DNA of 64,000 bases, from NCBI RefSeq assembly GCF_023055435.1, contig NW_025964235.1, forward strand, positions 1,178,001 to 1,242,000, written 5' to 3'. Under the pieces are notes generated by a model that worked only from the letters and a program-made list of their open reading frames with translations, had not been told where the DNA came from and ran no database searches. A program made the position numbers and the translations under genes. The stretch comes from Haliotis rufescens (Eukaryota). Shown piece after piece: positions 1 to 14,512 of this stretch (its first letter is position 1; every line of letters starts with the position of its first letter).

Positions 1-40
1 ATTTAAGTATGTATGTAAGATAGGTTATCCAAACTGAATA

Positions 41-308
41 GACCCGTGAAGATTCCGGGGTAGAATAGGTCTTCAACAACCCATACTTGCCGTAAAAGGC
101 GACTCTGCTTGTCGTAAAATGCGACTAACGGGATCGGGTGGTCAGGCTCGCTGACTTGGTTGATTCATGTCATCGATCCCAATTGCGTTGATAGATGCTC
201 ATGATATCAATCACTGGATTGTCTGGTCCAGACTCGATTATTTACAGACCGCCGTCATATAGCTGGAATATTGTTGAGTGCGGCGTTAAACAACAAACCA
301 ACCAACCC
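41..308 (+). mobile_element. SINE-like retroposon family B (about 270 bp, (CAAA)n tail)
   Basis: GACCCGTGAAGAT...GTCGTAA..GCGACTAACGGGATCGGGTGGTCAG...GCTGGAATATTG.TGAGTGCGGCGTTAAACAACAAAC; at least 7 copies in the window. Confidence 0.9.
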
Positions 309-1742
309 AATGAACATAGATAGACCAGTCAAACGCACCTGCGTCGTCATGTCACAAGGGTTCCGGTGTAGTCTCTGTCTACCGCCGCTGACAGATAAAT
401 TCAGTCGTATTTACACGACCTATTCTGCTCTGGGCCAGTTGGGGCGATCAGCTGACATGTGTCACAGTATAATGGTAATGCACATTTCAAATGTCACAGG
501 GGAGAATTGACATGCCCGTCACTTCAGTGATTGCTATTCTGGGTTAAACGAGCCTATGCTATACACGTTCCTAGATACGCTATAATCTCTGTGTTGAACT
601 TCAGTCGTATATACTATCATACATTATTCACATTGAACATGTATTGCTTGAATGCTGTTGTTAAGGAAAACAAAGGCTTTAAAATTACTACTCGTTACTG
701 AGAATAAAGATACAAATTAATTTCAAACTGGCAAGATTCAAATATAATTTCAATATCCATCCCCTCCGTCCATTTCTCTTGCTGATGTTGCGGGAATGTT
801 ACTAAAAGCGTCGTAAAACCATATTCACTCACTCATTCATAGCGTATCCAACACAACACATTTTAACCAACTTCGAAATTCCATAAGTGAGACAGCAAAA
901 TGGCGTATGTCCCATTGAGCCACCGACGTGTACACCCTTCCGCTCCCTGATGATATAGTCAATAACATCTGCTCTTACACTACATGTCTCTCCTCTGAAA
1001 AAAACGTAAATTCTTACGTTGATTTCTACCCTTGCTTTTTATAATCTAGAATGGTTTAGTTTCATAAAATACATATATTCCACAAACATGACGAAGAACT
1101 ATCCCCCTCCCCAAAACTGGCTGGGCCTCTTCCCCTTGTCACTGCAGGTCGGGGGGGGGGGGGGGGGGGGGGGTGGCGGCTGTGCAGCGCCTGTGTGCTG
1201 ACATTCGTGTTCCAGACACATGCTTCTCGACTCCATTCCGCTCGTCTCAGACGACGCTTTGCACAACGAACTTCAGGACTTGCCGCGGTTTTGGAGACTT
1301 TCAACAACTTTTTTATGTTGACTTTAAAGGCAAATATTTTATCCCCGATGTGTATGCTAGTGGTTGTTTGTTTACGATCGTTCCGACGAAATAAGTAAGA
1401 TGTTGTCTATACCACATCTCACAATGTAGGTCACCGATCATTCGGGAATGAAAGTGGGAGTTGACGCGCGTTCCTGAAGCTTCGTGATAATTAACGGCCC
1501 TACACGCGTGGAGGTAGACGCACTCGGAATAAGTAGATCATTGCACGAGTCGGTGATTGAGTACAGTGTAACGCCGCAGTGTGCACTATTCCAGCTATAT
1601 CATGGCGGCCAGTATATAATGGACACAAGTTGTCCAATGCTGTCGGGGTACGAAGACACGCTTACAACCCGGTCACAGCGTCTGACCGCATGGTCCAATG
1701 TAATCGCCAGTTAAATACTGTCTCCAACCCGAGTCCCACCGG

Positions 1743-2012
1743 CTAGACTTGCACAAGTCTCTAAGGCAATAATTATTAGTTGAAATCATAATTCTAGATT
1801 ATGCAAATAATAACAGGTTGTCCCTATAAGGGACTGGAGTTCTTACTGTCCACATATATAGACTTGCCTATTAGGTTTGTTTGTTGTTTAACGCCGCACT
1901 CAGCAATATTCCAGCCTATTAGGAGGATATAATTACTACTATCCTTGAATCAAGACTACCCAACGGGTTAAATGTAAGGATAGCTATAGACTCCAAACGT
2001 GTCCATGGGCTA
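1743..2012 (+). mobile_element. Unclassified dispersed repeat family E
   Basis: TAGACTTGC...CTCTAAGGCAATAATTATTAG...TAGACTTGCCTATT; further copies at 10487-10700 and 25779-25985. Confidence 0.75.
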
Positions 2013-4376
2013 TACTCATATTGTACAAAACAGGTTATACTCATTATTCCACGTTGGCTATACCCATTCTACCATACCTACATTGGGGAACTGAATACAT
2101 ATCACACATTTAGATATCCAGCATGGGCTGACTGACGGTAGACCTCACAAGCATTGCCCCGACCCCACTGTTTTGACTGCATGCGACCAACAATGGAATC
2201 GACAGGATCCACGTCTTCTGATTTAGGATAACAGAAGTAACACATTCCTCAAGCATTGCTATGGAATCAAGATTTACTAACTCTTCGTCCCACGGTGAAC
2301 AACTGAAACAGCGGGGACCACGCTTGTCATGGTGATGGTTACAGGCTGATAAAGCTGTGTGGCATGAACTAGATTGCATTGCCTTCTAATCAATCAAATT
2401 TACGCATGTTACTTTTGACATGTTACCAGGAATCGATAGATATAAAACGTGTAATGTCTACCCAACGATTTTACAACAGCCAGGCAGCTTCTTTGATTAG
2501 CATACTTTGCCAATATGTAGGTGCTGTATGTTCTAGTGGCTGCCTTGAACAATGCACCTTAGTAGTTGATACAAACACCGGACCCTCCTTAGCATCCCCA
2601 GCTCGGAGATTGACAAATTACACAAGAACACGTCGACATTGCTCTAAAGAGGCGTCCTAGTTGAGGGTCAGATAGTTAATGGATTTCCCACACCGCCCGG
2701 AATAACCAGCAAACAATCGTCTGCTTGTACACACTGTGTCGTCTGCTGAGAAAACACTGCTAACTGTCGTCTGCTGAGCACATTGTTAAATATTATCTGC
2801 CGGAACCAACAAGTTTGCATGTGCAGCAGGACCTGTCCGACCATCGCATCATGACACATGACTGGCCCCAGAAGGATCAGAATCTCTCCTCACAAAAGTC
2901 TCTCTATCACGTTTATGTATCCGCTCCAGTAGGAGGGATGTTAATTTACTCGTTGGAGTTTATAGTAACATCCTTAAGGAAAGAAAAGATTTTTCGAAAT
3001 AAGCATCTGCTGTTTCAGGAAACCGAGGATTAAGCAATTATGTGTCACGTTTCTGTGCATCGCTGATAAGTTCTCCTGGGAAATCATCGGAGGCGGTTGC
3101 AGCAAAAACAGCTGGTAGTTTTGTTGACATGTCAGTTTCTGGGGGTTGTTCACGACCACTGTCGTCTGCTCTTTCTACAGGATACTATCGTATATTATTG
3201 CCTAGGGGTTGTCCGTTTCTCACGACAGCGGCTTCTGACGTCTGACAATGACAGAGGCTAATGTCATGGTAGTGTCAGAAGACGGACTGTCGTTTGTGTA
3301 TGAAAGGGGACGGAGTCAAGTATATCGTCTGTTGAATCTTTGTTCACCGAACCATGTAATTGGGTCATGCAGACGTATGCAAACCACTCCACACTCACTC
3401 ACTGTTGACAAATATTAGTGGACACACACACCGGGAATCAACTGTGATGGCGAGTTACCCGGACGTGAGCTGGAGGCTTATCCCTGTGGTACAGGTGTGT
3501 CAGGATGTCATACGAAGGGACAGAGACATATCTGACACATTCGTCACGGACACTCATCTCGATTGTTTAGTTTCCGACATAATTATTCATTTTTCTAACT
3601 GCACGCACACAGTACAGTCGAGCAATGTGTTTACAAATTAGAAAAGAATATTATTGAAAGAAAATCTGTGACATTCGCTATAAATCTAACTGGATTATAC
3701 ATGTTGACCAAACCAGTACAGGCGATCACTGTAATGTTTACAATTTCAACAGGATTTACCATTAAAAAAACGAGAAAATCAATATACTCTTAACTCGATT
3801 ATACAGCTTGTTGACAAACCATTTGTCTAGCGTTATCTACACGTGTCAGATTGACTGAGGAGCCACTGATAGTGTCGTCTGCTCAATGGAATAACTACCA
3901 AATAGGTCAATAATTGACAGCGAACGTGGTGGTGTGATTACCGACAGTTTATAACACACGAGGCTGTTGGTAACTCAACTGGCTAAGACACAACTGTTGA
4001 TTTCACCACCATATATATTCCCACCGCCAACTCATAGAGATTAATGTGTTGTCTAGACTATTAACTGCCACGTTCATTCACTGTCACTGCCTCCCAACAA
4101 AGGATACCGTTATCTACATTAAATATTAAAATATCAATTCAAAACCTTCCTTGGAACCCCGCTCAAGAACAAGCACTGCCTCGGGTGAACCTGATACATG
4201 TGTACATCGTATTCAGATGTTGTCGGTGTTGCTCTTTATAGAAAGTATGTTATGTTCATTCTAAGAACTGGTTATATAACACCGTACGACCCTACCAGGA
4301 AGAGGGGACAGAAATCCCCCACGGTAACCCCTAACGCGGTGACCTAGGCAGGTGTAAAACACCTGACGATTCCTAC

Positions 4377-4509
4377 CTGCATAGTTGTCAAACACTGTGG
4401 GTATATACTCCGTGGGGAACTTGTTGGTCGCGTAGCTCATCAACATGCACGTCTTGCCGACAGCGCCGTCGCCAACCACCACACACTTGATAAAATTAGG
4501 CTCCGCCAT
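4377..4509 (-). CDS. Rho-family GTPase gene A, coding exon 1 (canonical Rac/Cdc42/RhoJ-Q-like); remaining exons not found in window
   Basis: [44 protein letters not shown]: intact P-loop GDGAVGKT and switch [10 protein letters not shown]. Ends at a phase-1 donor G|GTAGGA. No DTAGQ exon recognised in 1-4376. Confidence 0.93.
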
Positions 4510-4592
4510 TGCAAACAGTTGCCTCGCTCCGAAGCGAGCAGTTTTCTTCTCCCTTCGTATTGTAGAGCACTTGTCGGTGGCGCTCCGCTACA

Positions 4593-4612
4593 TGACGTCA
4601 TCCGCAGCCAAT
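4593..4612. promoter_or_regulatory. CRE palindrome (TGACGTCA) plus CCAAT box upstream of Rho gene A
   Basis: TGACGTCA at 4593-4600 and AGCCAATC at 4606-4613, 84-105 nt from the ATG. Confidence 0.4.
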
Positions 4613-5187
4613 CGCATACAAAGTAGGCTATATTTAGAAATGGATTGCCAGCCGTGATTCACCTGGGATGGGACAATTTATCCACATCCCGGGTAGCCTT
4701 TTGTGATGTAGAATAATAGTGCTTCTAAATATTAACTGTTTTAATCAGATAAGTCTAACAATATGAATATGAAAAAGATGTGTATTTAGCTCTATACACT
4801 AACAAGCGACTATTGTATCTGGGTGTCAATCATCTCTCCACACTAGTTGCCCTGTGTAATGGTATTTTCCATCGTGGCGGTGATATTGTGGTGTGGTAAT
4901 ATGTCGCAATATGTAAGATTGTCTGATTCAAAGTTTATTTACGTATTTACGCCACAGAGATAACGGGATAGGGATTGTAAGGATTCCTTATCACCATATT
5001 TAGATTGTGATTAAATAGTAGTTTCCGTGAAATGACATAATTATGACTCTACCAGACAACTTCCATGACAGTACACGGTAATGTCAAACCAATACAACAC
5101 ACTGTGTCATATCAAGGGTATGATTATGCGTATACAAGTGTGTGAGTACTGATCACAATGTCCGTGTTGCTCGGGACTAGCTAGTCC

Positions 5188-5399
5188 TGCACCATGACCG
5201 TGGAATATAATTATTTTATGAAAAAAACATAATCTAGAAATGCATACAAAAGCAAGTCTAGCCAGCTCAAGCTAGCTCTATTCCACAGCATAGGGAATTT
5301 TATTTTTATTTTTAGAGTCAAGAAGGATATTGTGTAATATAAGATTTCGGAGACTAAATGTTAGTCTAGGGACTAGCCTGCTGCGAGTGTTATGGTGCA
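5188..5399. mobile_element. MITE-like dispersed repeat (family D)
   Basis: Short TIR TGCACCATGAC / GTTATGGTGCA; second, inverted copy at 49627-49814. Confidence 0.7.
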
Positions 5400-6385
5400 T
5401 GGTTCTTATTGTGTTTCTGTGTCACTGAATTATTGATAGTTTCTGTTTTTACGGAAGCTGCTCACGGACATGTGCGGTATAGTTTCACTGTTCACGAGTT
5501 TCCTCAACACATTTATTTATCCTGGTTTCAAAATGAAACTAATGTGTTTGTTTAATAGATTACAGATTATTTTTCTTTGGACAGAACAGAGCCAAATACA
5601 CAAACGTTTGAGAGGTTGATTCAAAATCTTCAGAGAATTAAATCTGGATTCACTGACAATATTTATCACATTGTATACATTTTTTCGTCATATTCTAAAC
5701 AAATACTGAGTGACGCGACGAGTTGTGTTGGGACGAGCGGACAGTCTCTAATTCTCATGTAAGCAAATCAACATGGCCTCTCGCCAAAGTGGGTCTAGTG
5801 AAAGGTCAGTTAATGGGGTCACATTAACTCTGGCAGGATCACAAGGCCGGTTAATCCCCTGGGGTCAGGTCCTGCCCGGGGGTGGGGGAGATGTACTGTC
5901 CATATCATTGTAGAAAAACATTACGTCAACCCCTCGCCGCTCCAGGTGATACCCCGCATCATGTTGGACAAGCGTCACGTGACACCTTACACTGAAACGT
6001 CGGGAGTAAATCACGTTGCATGTCGAAAGTCCTTTCAGATTTGACGTTTCAATTTGCAGTCAACTATGAATATATGTGTACCTAATGTAGATGTTCTGTT
6101 TGGGGACCAGCTGATGCACAGTTTCAGAAACACTGGGTAGATTTATAATATCATTGCTTCGTGAGAGGCCAATATTTTAATAATGAAGTTAGTTCACGGA
6201 ATTCGTAATGTGAAAAGTTGGATGTATTGCATTGTATTTTAATAAATTGATTTAAGGTTATGTAGTTACATGTGTATATAAAACGTCACCTTCAGCAGTG
6301 ATAGTCAGGAGGTTTTCAGATTTAACTGAAATATTTGATTTCCTGAAGGTTTTCGGCGCCTCCATTAAGATAATTAAGCAAAACA

Positions 6386-6627
6386 GGTTTGTTTGTTGTT
6401 TAACGTCGCACTGATCAATATTCAAGACATATGACAGCGTTCTGTAAATAATCGAGTCATGACCAGATAATCCAGTGAATGACATCCCGCGCATCGAACC
6501 ACGCAATTGGGATACGACGAGATGCATGGTTTAACCAAGTCACCGAGTCTGACCACCCGATCCGTTAGTCGCCTCTTACGACGAGCATAGGTTACTGGAG
6601 ACAATTCTAACCCGGATATAGACGGGT
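6386..6627 (-). mobile_element. Family B copy
   Basis: Reverse-complement homology to 41-308. Confidence 0.88.
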
Positions 6628-6856
6628 CGGTGCGTATACAGAAACATGTTCTCACGCCACGACAAATCCAAGAACGTGGAATCTATACAAAGGGACACTA
6701 CTACATATACAAGATACCTTGAACCGTGACGAAGCAATACCATCTAGAAACCCACCAAACATACTATTATTCGGGAGTGGCTTTAGTTCTAAGTTAACAT
6801 TGTCAGGTAAGCAATCCTTGAATCCCTCGGACAGGTAATCGCAATATTTAATAAAT

Positions 6857-7008
6857 GAGTGAGTGAGTATTTTTTTACGCTGCTTTTAGCAATATTCCAA
6901 CAATATCAGCAGAAATGGGCTTCACACATTGTACCCATGTGGGGAATCGAACCCGGGTCTTCGGTGTGACGAGCGAACGCTTTAACCACCAGGCTACCCG
7001 ACCGCCCC
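6857..7008 (-). mobile_element. SINE family A with TSD
   Basis: Homologous to the 52097 copy. TSD TTTAATAAAT at 6847-6856 and 7009-7018. Confidence 0.92.
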
Positions 7009-7975
7009 TTTAATAAATAATAAGACACAATAAGCACCAGCATTCAATGAACAAGTGCCTCCTCTCCGTGATAAAGACAGATCCTGTTCTCTTTATGTTC
7101 TCATTGCAAGGCCTGTTTAAGGCTCCTCGAACACACGTTAATACTTCACAGATACGTGTCCTAATGCATCACGCAAAACACCTGTAAATAAAAGACGTGC
7201 ATCACCGGTCGCTGTTGTCAAAGTCGACCAAACTTCAAAGAAGACTTAATGGGATGTTTTAATTGTGTTTAAAGTAGCATCATTGTCTGAGCATTATAGT
7301 TACACGCAAGATCAGGAAGCACGAGTATTGCAGTATAGTAGGTCTGGATCTGATACTCCAGCGGTCACGCGTCAGGGATACATTAGCCAAGCCAGGACAA
7401 TCTTGTATCTGTATATCAATAATCCGTGAAGCTCCCGGGGGATGCTGTAGGCTGATGCGGGAGCTCGGTGTGGGGAGCACCCCCCAGACGCACTGGCAAC
7501 GCTCTCACGGTACCCACGCTGGGATATCGACTTTTTGTGTAGTGAATGTCCGCGCATGCTAGTATCACTTGTAACTGGTGGCTGCGAGATCTGGCATCAG
7601 CTGTCGAGAACACTATCAAAGCTTGTATTGTTGTTTCAGGGATTAACCGAATTTAGTGATAAATAACAACGTCAACAGATAGGATGCTGGCAATTGTCTT
7701 TAACAGATTAAAGAATGTCATGTAAAACAATGCTTCAACTGTATTTGTGTACCAAGATCCGGAAAGAAAGATTGTAATCTGAAATGAAACTAAGGTTTGC
7801 ATACACAACGTCCATCAGGGTGTTATAAATGTTATAAAGCACGCGGTTTGTTTACGTGTTATACACGTGACACGTACTCTCCACACATAGTGTTACTACA
7901 CAATATACACAAGGTCAGCCTGGCCAATCAGCTGCTGGTCGAATGGGTGGTAAATATGTCGGACATAATACAACA

Positions 7976-9244
7976 TGGCTCCAGGGTTGTACTGTAGGTC
8001 CAAGGTTGTACTGTGGCTCCAGGGTTGTACTGTGGCTCCGGGTCTATACTGTGGCTCCAGGGTTGTACTGTGGCTCTAGGGTTGTACTGTAGGTCCAAGG
8101 TTGTACTGTGGCTACAGGTTGTACTGTGGCTCCAGGTCTGTACTGTGGCTCCAGGGCTGTACTGTGGCTCCAGGGTTGTAATGTGGCTCCAGTGCTGTAC
8201 TGTGGCTCCATGTTGTACTGTGGCTCCAGGGCTGTACTGTGGCTCCAGGGCTGTACTGTGGCTCCAGGGTTGTAATGTGGTTCCAGGGTTGTACTGTGGG
8301 TCCAAGGTTGTAATGTGGCTCCAGGGCTGTACTGTGGCTCCAGGGCTGTACTGTGGCTCCAGGGTTGTACCGAGGCTCCAGGGTTGTACTGTAGCTCCAA
8401 GGTTGTACTGTGGCTCCAGGGCTATACTGTGGCTCCAGGGCTGTACTGTGGCTCCAGGGTTGTACTGTGGCTCCAGGGCTGTACTGTGGCTCTAGGGCTG
8501 TACTGTGGCTCCAGGGTTGTACCGAGGCTCCAGGGTTGTACCGAGGCTCCAGGGCTGTACTGTGGCTCCATGGTTGTACTGTGGCTCCATGGTTGTACTG
8601 TGGCTCCAGGGCTGTACTGTGGCTCTAGGGTTGTACTGTGGCTCCAGGGCTGTACTGTGGCTCCAGGGTTGTACTGTGGCTCCAGGGCTGTACTGTGGCT
8701 CCAGGTTGTACTGTGGCTCCAGGGTTGTACTGTGGCTCCTGGGTTGTACTGTGGCTCCAGGGCTGTACTGTGGCTCCAGGGTTGTACTGTGGCTCCATGG
8801 TTGTACTGTGGCTCTAGGTTGTACTGTGGCTCCAGGGCTGTACTGTGGCTCCAGGGCTGTACTGTGGCTCCAGGGTTGTACTGTGGCTCCAGGGCTGTAC
8901 TGTGGCTCCAGGTTGTACTGTGGCTCCAGGGTTGTACTGTGGCTCCAGGGTTGTACTGTGGCTCCTGGGTTGTACTGTGGCTCCAGGGCTGTACTGTGGC
9001 TCCAGGGTTGTACTGTGGCTCCATGGTTGTACTGTGGCTCTAGGTTGTACTGTGGCTCCAGGGCTGTACTGTGGCTCCAGGGCTGTACTGTTGCTCCAGG
9101 GTTGTACTGTGGCTCTAGGGCTGTACTGTGGCTCCAGGTTGTACTGTGGCTCCAGGGTTGTACTGTGGCTCCAGGGCTGTACTGTGGTTCCAGGGCTGTA
9201 CTGTGGTTCCAGGGTTGTACTGTGGTTCCAGGGTTGTACTGTGG
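7976..9244. repeat. Minisatellite, 19-bp unit (18-bp variants) CTCCAGGGTTGTACTGTGG
   Basis: Direct inspection; explains ORFs 7928-9304. Confidence 0.97.
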
Positions 9245-10486
9245 AGCAATACTCCACCCTAACAACTTACAATTCTGATTGTAAAGTTGTATAATTACAA
9301 ACACGTGTGTGCGAGAAGCAATCTACTTACAAAATGGCCGTCGAGCTTACGAGTTATATACGGCTGTAGCGTTGGTAGGTATTGCGTTAATATCTAGTTT
9401 CTGAGTCTATAAGACTTATAGGTATGATCGGTTATTAATGCTTTGAAAATATATACACATGCAAATTACATCCATGTCTATAAATACATTTATTCCCAAA
9501 TATAGATAGTTTATCTCCTCCCTACGAGGTCGTTCTGTAAATAAAATTCTTGATTCTTGATTCCTCCAGGATATACTATTATCATTATTATTATTATTCG
9601 GTTATTGGGTTTTATATCACCCATAAAACTCTAAGCCTTAAAAAAACCCACACGCGCGCACGCACGCACGCAGAAAAAATAGTAGTATCATCATTTTAGA
9701 CCTTCCGCTCTCCAGGCAGACGCTCTATCCACTGGACCACGGAGGCGGTCCCATTAGATATGTTAAGAATTGTTATTTGTACACCCCAAAATATTACTTT
9801 CATTATCCCTGTATTAAATTGTACATCTATTTTCCCCTGAAAATGTGTATAGATACTTTTTTTAAGTTTCAATTGCAAAATTGTATTATGAATTATACTG
9901 TGGATCTCATGGTCTTTCTTCAAATACAATGTCTGTCTGTCTGTCCTCCACACAGTTTGGTCATTGGAGGACGTACTGTATTTGATTCGTAATTATAACA
10001 ATAGCTAAGTATTGATGAAAAACCGGACTCATTACCAATGCTGTCAGTTTTGATTTTGTTTCTGCTGTTGACTTAACAGGATAATTGGTCATGTAGCCCT
10101 AAACATTTCCGTGACATAATCAGGATTAATATAGACCACGTTGTTGTGTAATGAAGAGGGGAGGGGGTGGGGGTAGGGATGGAGGGGTGGTGGCTTCGTT
10201 ATTAGCAGTGACCGTCGTGATCCTGTTTTAATATTATTCAAGGTGCCGAAATTCGCTGTTTTCAGTTACGTCCCATATGCATGCCAGGATCCTGTGATAG
10301 TGGGTTTTGGAGTGCTCTGAGCCTGAGAGCAAATCGCTCTAGAGTCATCTCAGTCTGGGCCCATTCCACTCAAGAGTGTTTAAGCCGGGGATTGGGTTTG
10401 CCCTCCAACCCCGGGGGTAGAAGTGTTCACGTGCGTTGTCTGACTAATCAGGCCACCACATCAGCTGACGCCCTCCTCTGGCTGTA

Positions 10487-10700
10487 GTAGACTTGCGGGA
10501 TAAACCTCTAAGGCAATAATAATTAGTCTTAATTATAGTTTCTTGATTATATTAATAACAAGAACACGTTTTCCCCACACGAGACTGGCTTGTATTGTCC
10601 ACTTATCTAGACTTGCCTATTGTGAGGATTGAATAACTATACACCAATGGATTCATATAAAGTACAGGCTTGGAGCAAGGCTATGGCTGTGGCAGAACCC
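10487..10700 (+). mobile_element. Family E copy
   Basis: Homology to the 1743 and 25779 copies. Confidence 0.72.
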
Positions 10701-10706
10701 GCTGTT

Positions 10707-10851
10707 CTAGGGGACTTACTGCCCTCCGTAATGGTAAATTACTATGAAGCATCTGATCTAGGGGACTTACTGCCCTCCGTAATGGTAAATTACCATGAAG
10801 CATCTGATCTAGGGGACTTACTGCCCTTCATAATGATAAATTACTGCGAAG
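10707..10851. repeat. Tandem repeat, 51 bp x about 3
   Basis: CTAGGGGACTTACTGCCC... units start at 10707, 10758 and 10809. Confidence 0.9.
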
Positions 10852-11220
10852 CAAAGGGTTTTAAAATTCTCTACCAGTATTATATTACCGACATGCCTGT
10901 GGCTCATCCCATATAGTCGTGCGATGTGGCGGCAGGCCTTCGGTATGAGGCTGTATACAGTGAAACCTGGTTAGACCGGACACTGTTATTCGGGTACCGC
11001 TGGGAACACATATGTGTATATAAAATGTGTGTCCTCAGTAACCACGGGTTAGTAATCTAGTTAGTTGTCAAATTTGAGATTTAAGTAAACCATCTTATAT
11101 CTACCTGCAAAGATCTTCATCAGACGCAGTGTCGTATTTAATAGTGGCTACTTCATGTGTTCATACCAATCTGTTATCACCATGATTCTGTATGCCCTTA
11201 TGATAATAATCTGTACACCG

Positions 11221-14200
11221 CCTATATAACACATGGGTATATACCTCCCGTAAACGTCCATCTATATAACACATGGGTATATACCTCCTGTATAACGTCC
11301 ATCTATATAACACATGGGTATATACCACGTGTATAACGTCCATCTTTATAACACATGGGTATATACCTCCCGTATAACGTCGATCTATATAACACATGGG
11401 TATATACCTCCTGTATAACGTCCATCTATATAACACATGGGTATATGTCACCAGTATAACGTCTATATAACACATGGGTATATGCCACCTGTATAACGTC
11501 AATCTATATCACACATGGGTATATGCCACCTGTATAACGTCTATATAACACATGGGTATATGTCACCTGTATAACGTCTATATAACACATGGGTATATGT
11601 CACCTGTATAACGTCTATATAACACATGGGTATATGCCACCTGTATAACGTCAATCTATATCACGCATGGGTATATGTCACCTGTATAACGTCTATATAA
11701 CACATGGATATATGTCACCTGTATAACGTCTATATAACACATGGGTATATGTCACCTGTATAACGTCCATCTATATAACACATGGGTATATGTCACCTGT
11801 ATAACGTCTATATAACACATGGGTATATGTCACCTGTATAACGTCTATATAACACATGGGTATATGTCACCTGTATAACGTCCATCTATATAACACATGG
11901 GTATATGTCACCTGTATAACGTCTATATAACACATGGGTATCTGCACCTGTATACCGTCTATATAACACATGGGTATATGTCACCTGTATAACGTCCATC
12001 TATATAACACATGGGTATATGTCACCTGTATAACGTCAACCTATATAACACATGGGTATATGTCACCTGTATAACGTCTATATAACACATGGGTATATGT
12101 CACCTGTATACCGTCTATATAACACATGGGTATATGTCACCTGTATAACGTCCATCTATATAACACATGGGTATATGTCACCTGTATAACGTCTATATAA
12201 CACATGGGTATATGTCACCTGTATACCGTCTATATAACACATGGGTATATGTCACCTGTATAACGTCCATCTATATAACACATGGGTATATGTCACCTGT
12301 ATAACGTCTATATAACACATGGGTATATGTCACCTGTATAACGTCAACCTATATAACACATGGGTATATGTCACCTGTATAACGTCTATATAACACATGG
12401 GTATATGTCACCTGTATACCGTCTATATAACACATGGGTATATGTCACCTGTATACCGTCTATATAACACATGGGTATATGTCACCTGTATAACGCCCAT
12501 CTATATAACACATGGGTATATGTCACCTGTATAACGTCTATATAACACATGGGTATATGTCACCTGTATAACGTCCATCTATATAACACATGGGTATATG
12601 TCACCTGTATAACGTCAACCTATATAACACATGGGTATATGCCACCTGCATAACGTCCATCTATATAACACATGGGTATATGTCACCTGTATAACGTCTA
12701 TATAACACATGGGTATATGTCACCTGCATAACGTCTATATAACACATGGGTATATGTCACCTGTATAACGTCCATCTATATAACACATGGGTATATGTCA
12801 CCTGTATAACGTCAACCTATATAACACATGGGTATATGTCACCTGTATAACGTCTATATAACCCATGGGTATATGTCACCTGTATACCGTCTATATAACA
12901 CATGGGTATATGTCACCTGTATAACGCCCATCTATATAACACATGGGTATATGTCACCTGTATAACGCCCATCTATATAACACATGGGTATATGTCACCT
13001 GTATAACGTCTATATAACACATGGGTATATGTCACCTGTATAACGTCCATCTATATAACACATGGGTATATGTCACCTGTATAACGTCAACCTATATAAC
13101 ACATGGGTATATGCCACCTGCATAACGTCCATCTATATAACACATGGGTATATGTCACCTGTATAACGTCTATATAACCCATGGGTATATGTCACCTGTA
13201 TAACGTCTATATAACACATGGGTATATGTCACCTGTATAACGTCCATCTATATAACACATGGGTATATGTCACCTGTATAACGTCAACCTATATAACACA
13301 TGGGTATATGCCACCTGCATAACGTCCATCTATATAACACATGGGTATATGTCACCTGTATAACGTCTATATAACACATGGGTATATGTCACCTGTATAA
13401 CGTCTATATAACACATTGGTATATGTCACCTGTATAACGTCCATCTATATAACACATGGGTACATGTCACCTGTATAACGTCAACCTATATAACACATGG
13501 GTATATGCCACCTGCATAACGTCCATCTATATAACACATGGGTATATGTCACCTGTATACCGTCCATCTATATAACACACGGGTGTATGTACAACGTCTA
13601 TATAACACATGGGTATATGTCACCTGTATAACGTCAACCTATATAACACATAGGAATATGCTACCTGTATAACGTCCATCTATATAACACATGGGTATAT
13701 GTCACCTATATAACGCCAACCTATATAACACATGGGTATATGTCACCTGTATAACGTCCATCTATATAACACATGGGTATATGTCACCTATATAACGCCA
13801 ACCTATATAACACATGGGTATAAGGTCACCTGTATAACGTCAATCTATAGAACACATGGGTATATGCCACCTGTATACCGTCCATCGATATAACACATGG
13901 GTATATTCCACCTGAATAACGTCCATCTATAGAACACACGGGTATATTCCACCTGTATAACGTCCATCTATAGAACACATGGGTATATGCCACCTGTATA
14001 ACGCCCATCCATACAACACATGGGTATATTCCACCTGTATAACGCCCATCTATATAACACATGGGTATATGCCACCTGTATACCGTCCATCTATAGAACA
14101 CATGGGTATGTCACCTGTATAACGTCCATCTATAGAACACATGGGTATATGCCACCTGTATAACGCCCATCTATATAACACATGGGTATATGCCACCTGT

Positions 14201-14512
14201 ATACCGTCCATCTATAGAACACATGGGTATATTCCACCTGTATAACGCCCATCTATATAACACATGGGTATATGCCACCTGTATACCGTCCATCTATATA
14301 ACACATGGGTATATTCCACCTGTATAACGCCCATCTATAGAACACACGGTTATATGCCACCTGTATAACGTCCATCTATATAACACATGGGTATATTCCA
14401 CCTGTATAACGCCAATTTGTATAAAACATGGGTATCTATATAACACATGGGTATCTATATAACACATGGGTATCTATATAACACATGGGTATCTATATAA
14501 CACATCGGTATA
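11221..14512. repeat. Minisatellite, 37/41-bp unit TATATAACACATGGGTATATGTCACCTGTATAACGTC(CATC)
   Basis: About 3.3 kb array that collapses to a 19-bp sub-unit at the right end. Confidence 0.97.

Noticed and set aside
2825-2890. Candidate exon 2 of Rho-A (…DAMVGQ|GT)
   Set aside because: No similarity to the VxVDG…LxDTAGQ segment, and a weak donor.
7330-7620. Possible RTE-type LINE 3' relic
   Set aside because: Only vague motif resemblance; cannot be supported without a search.
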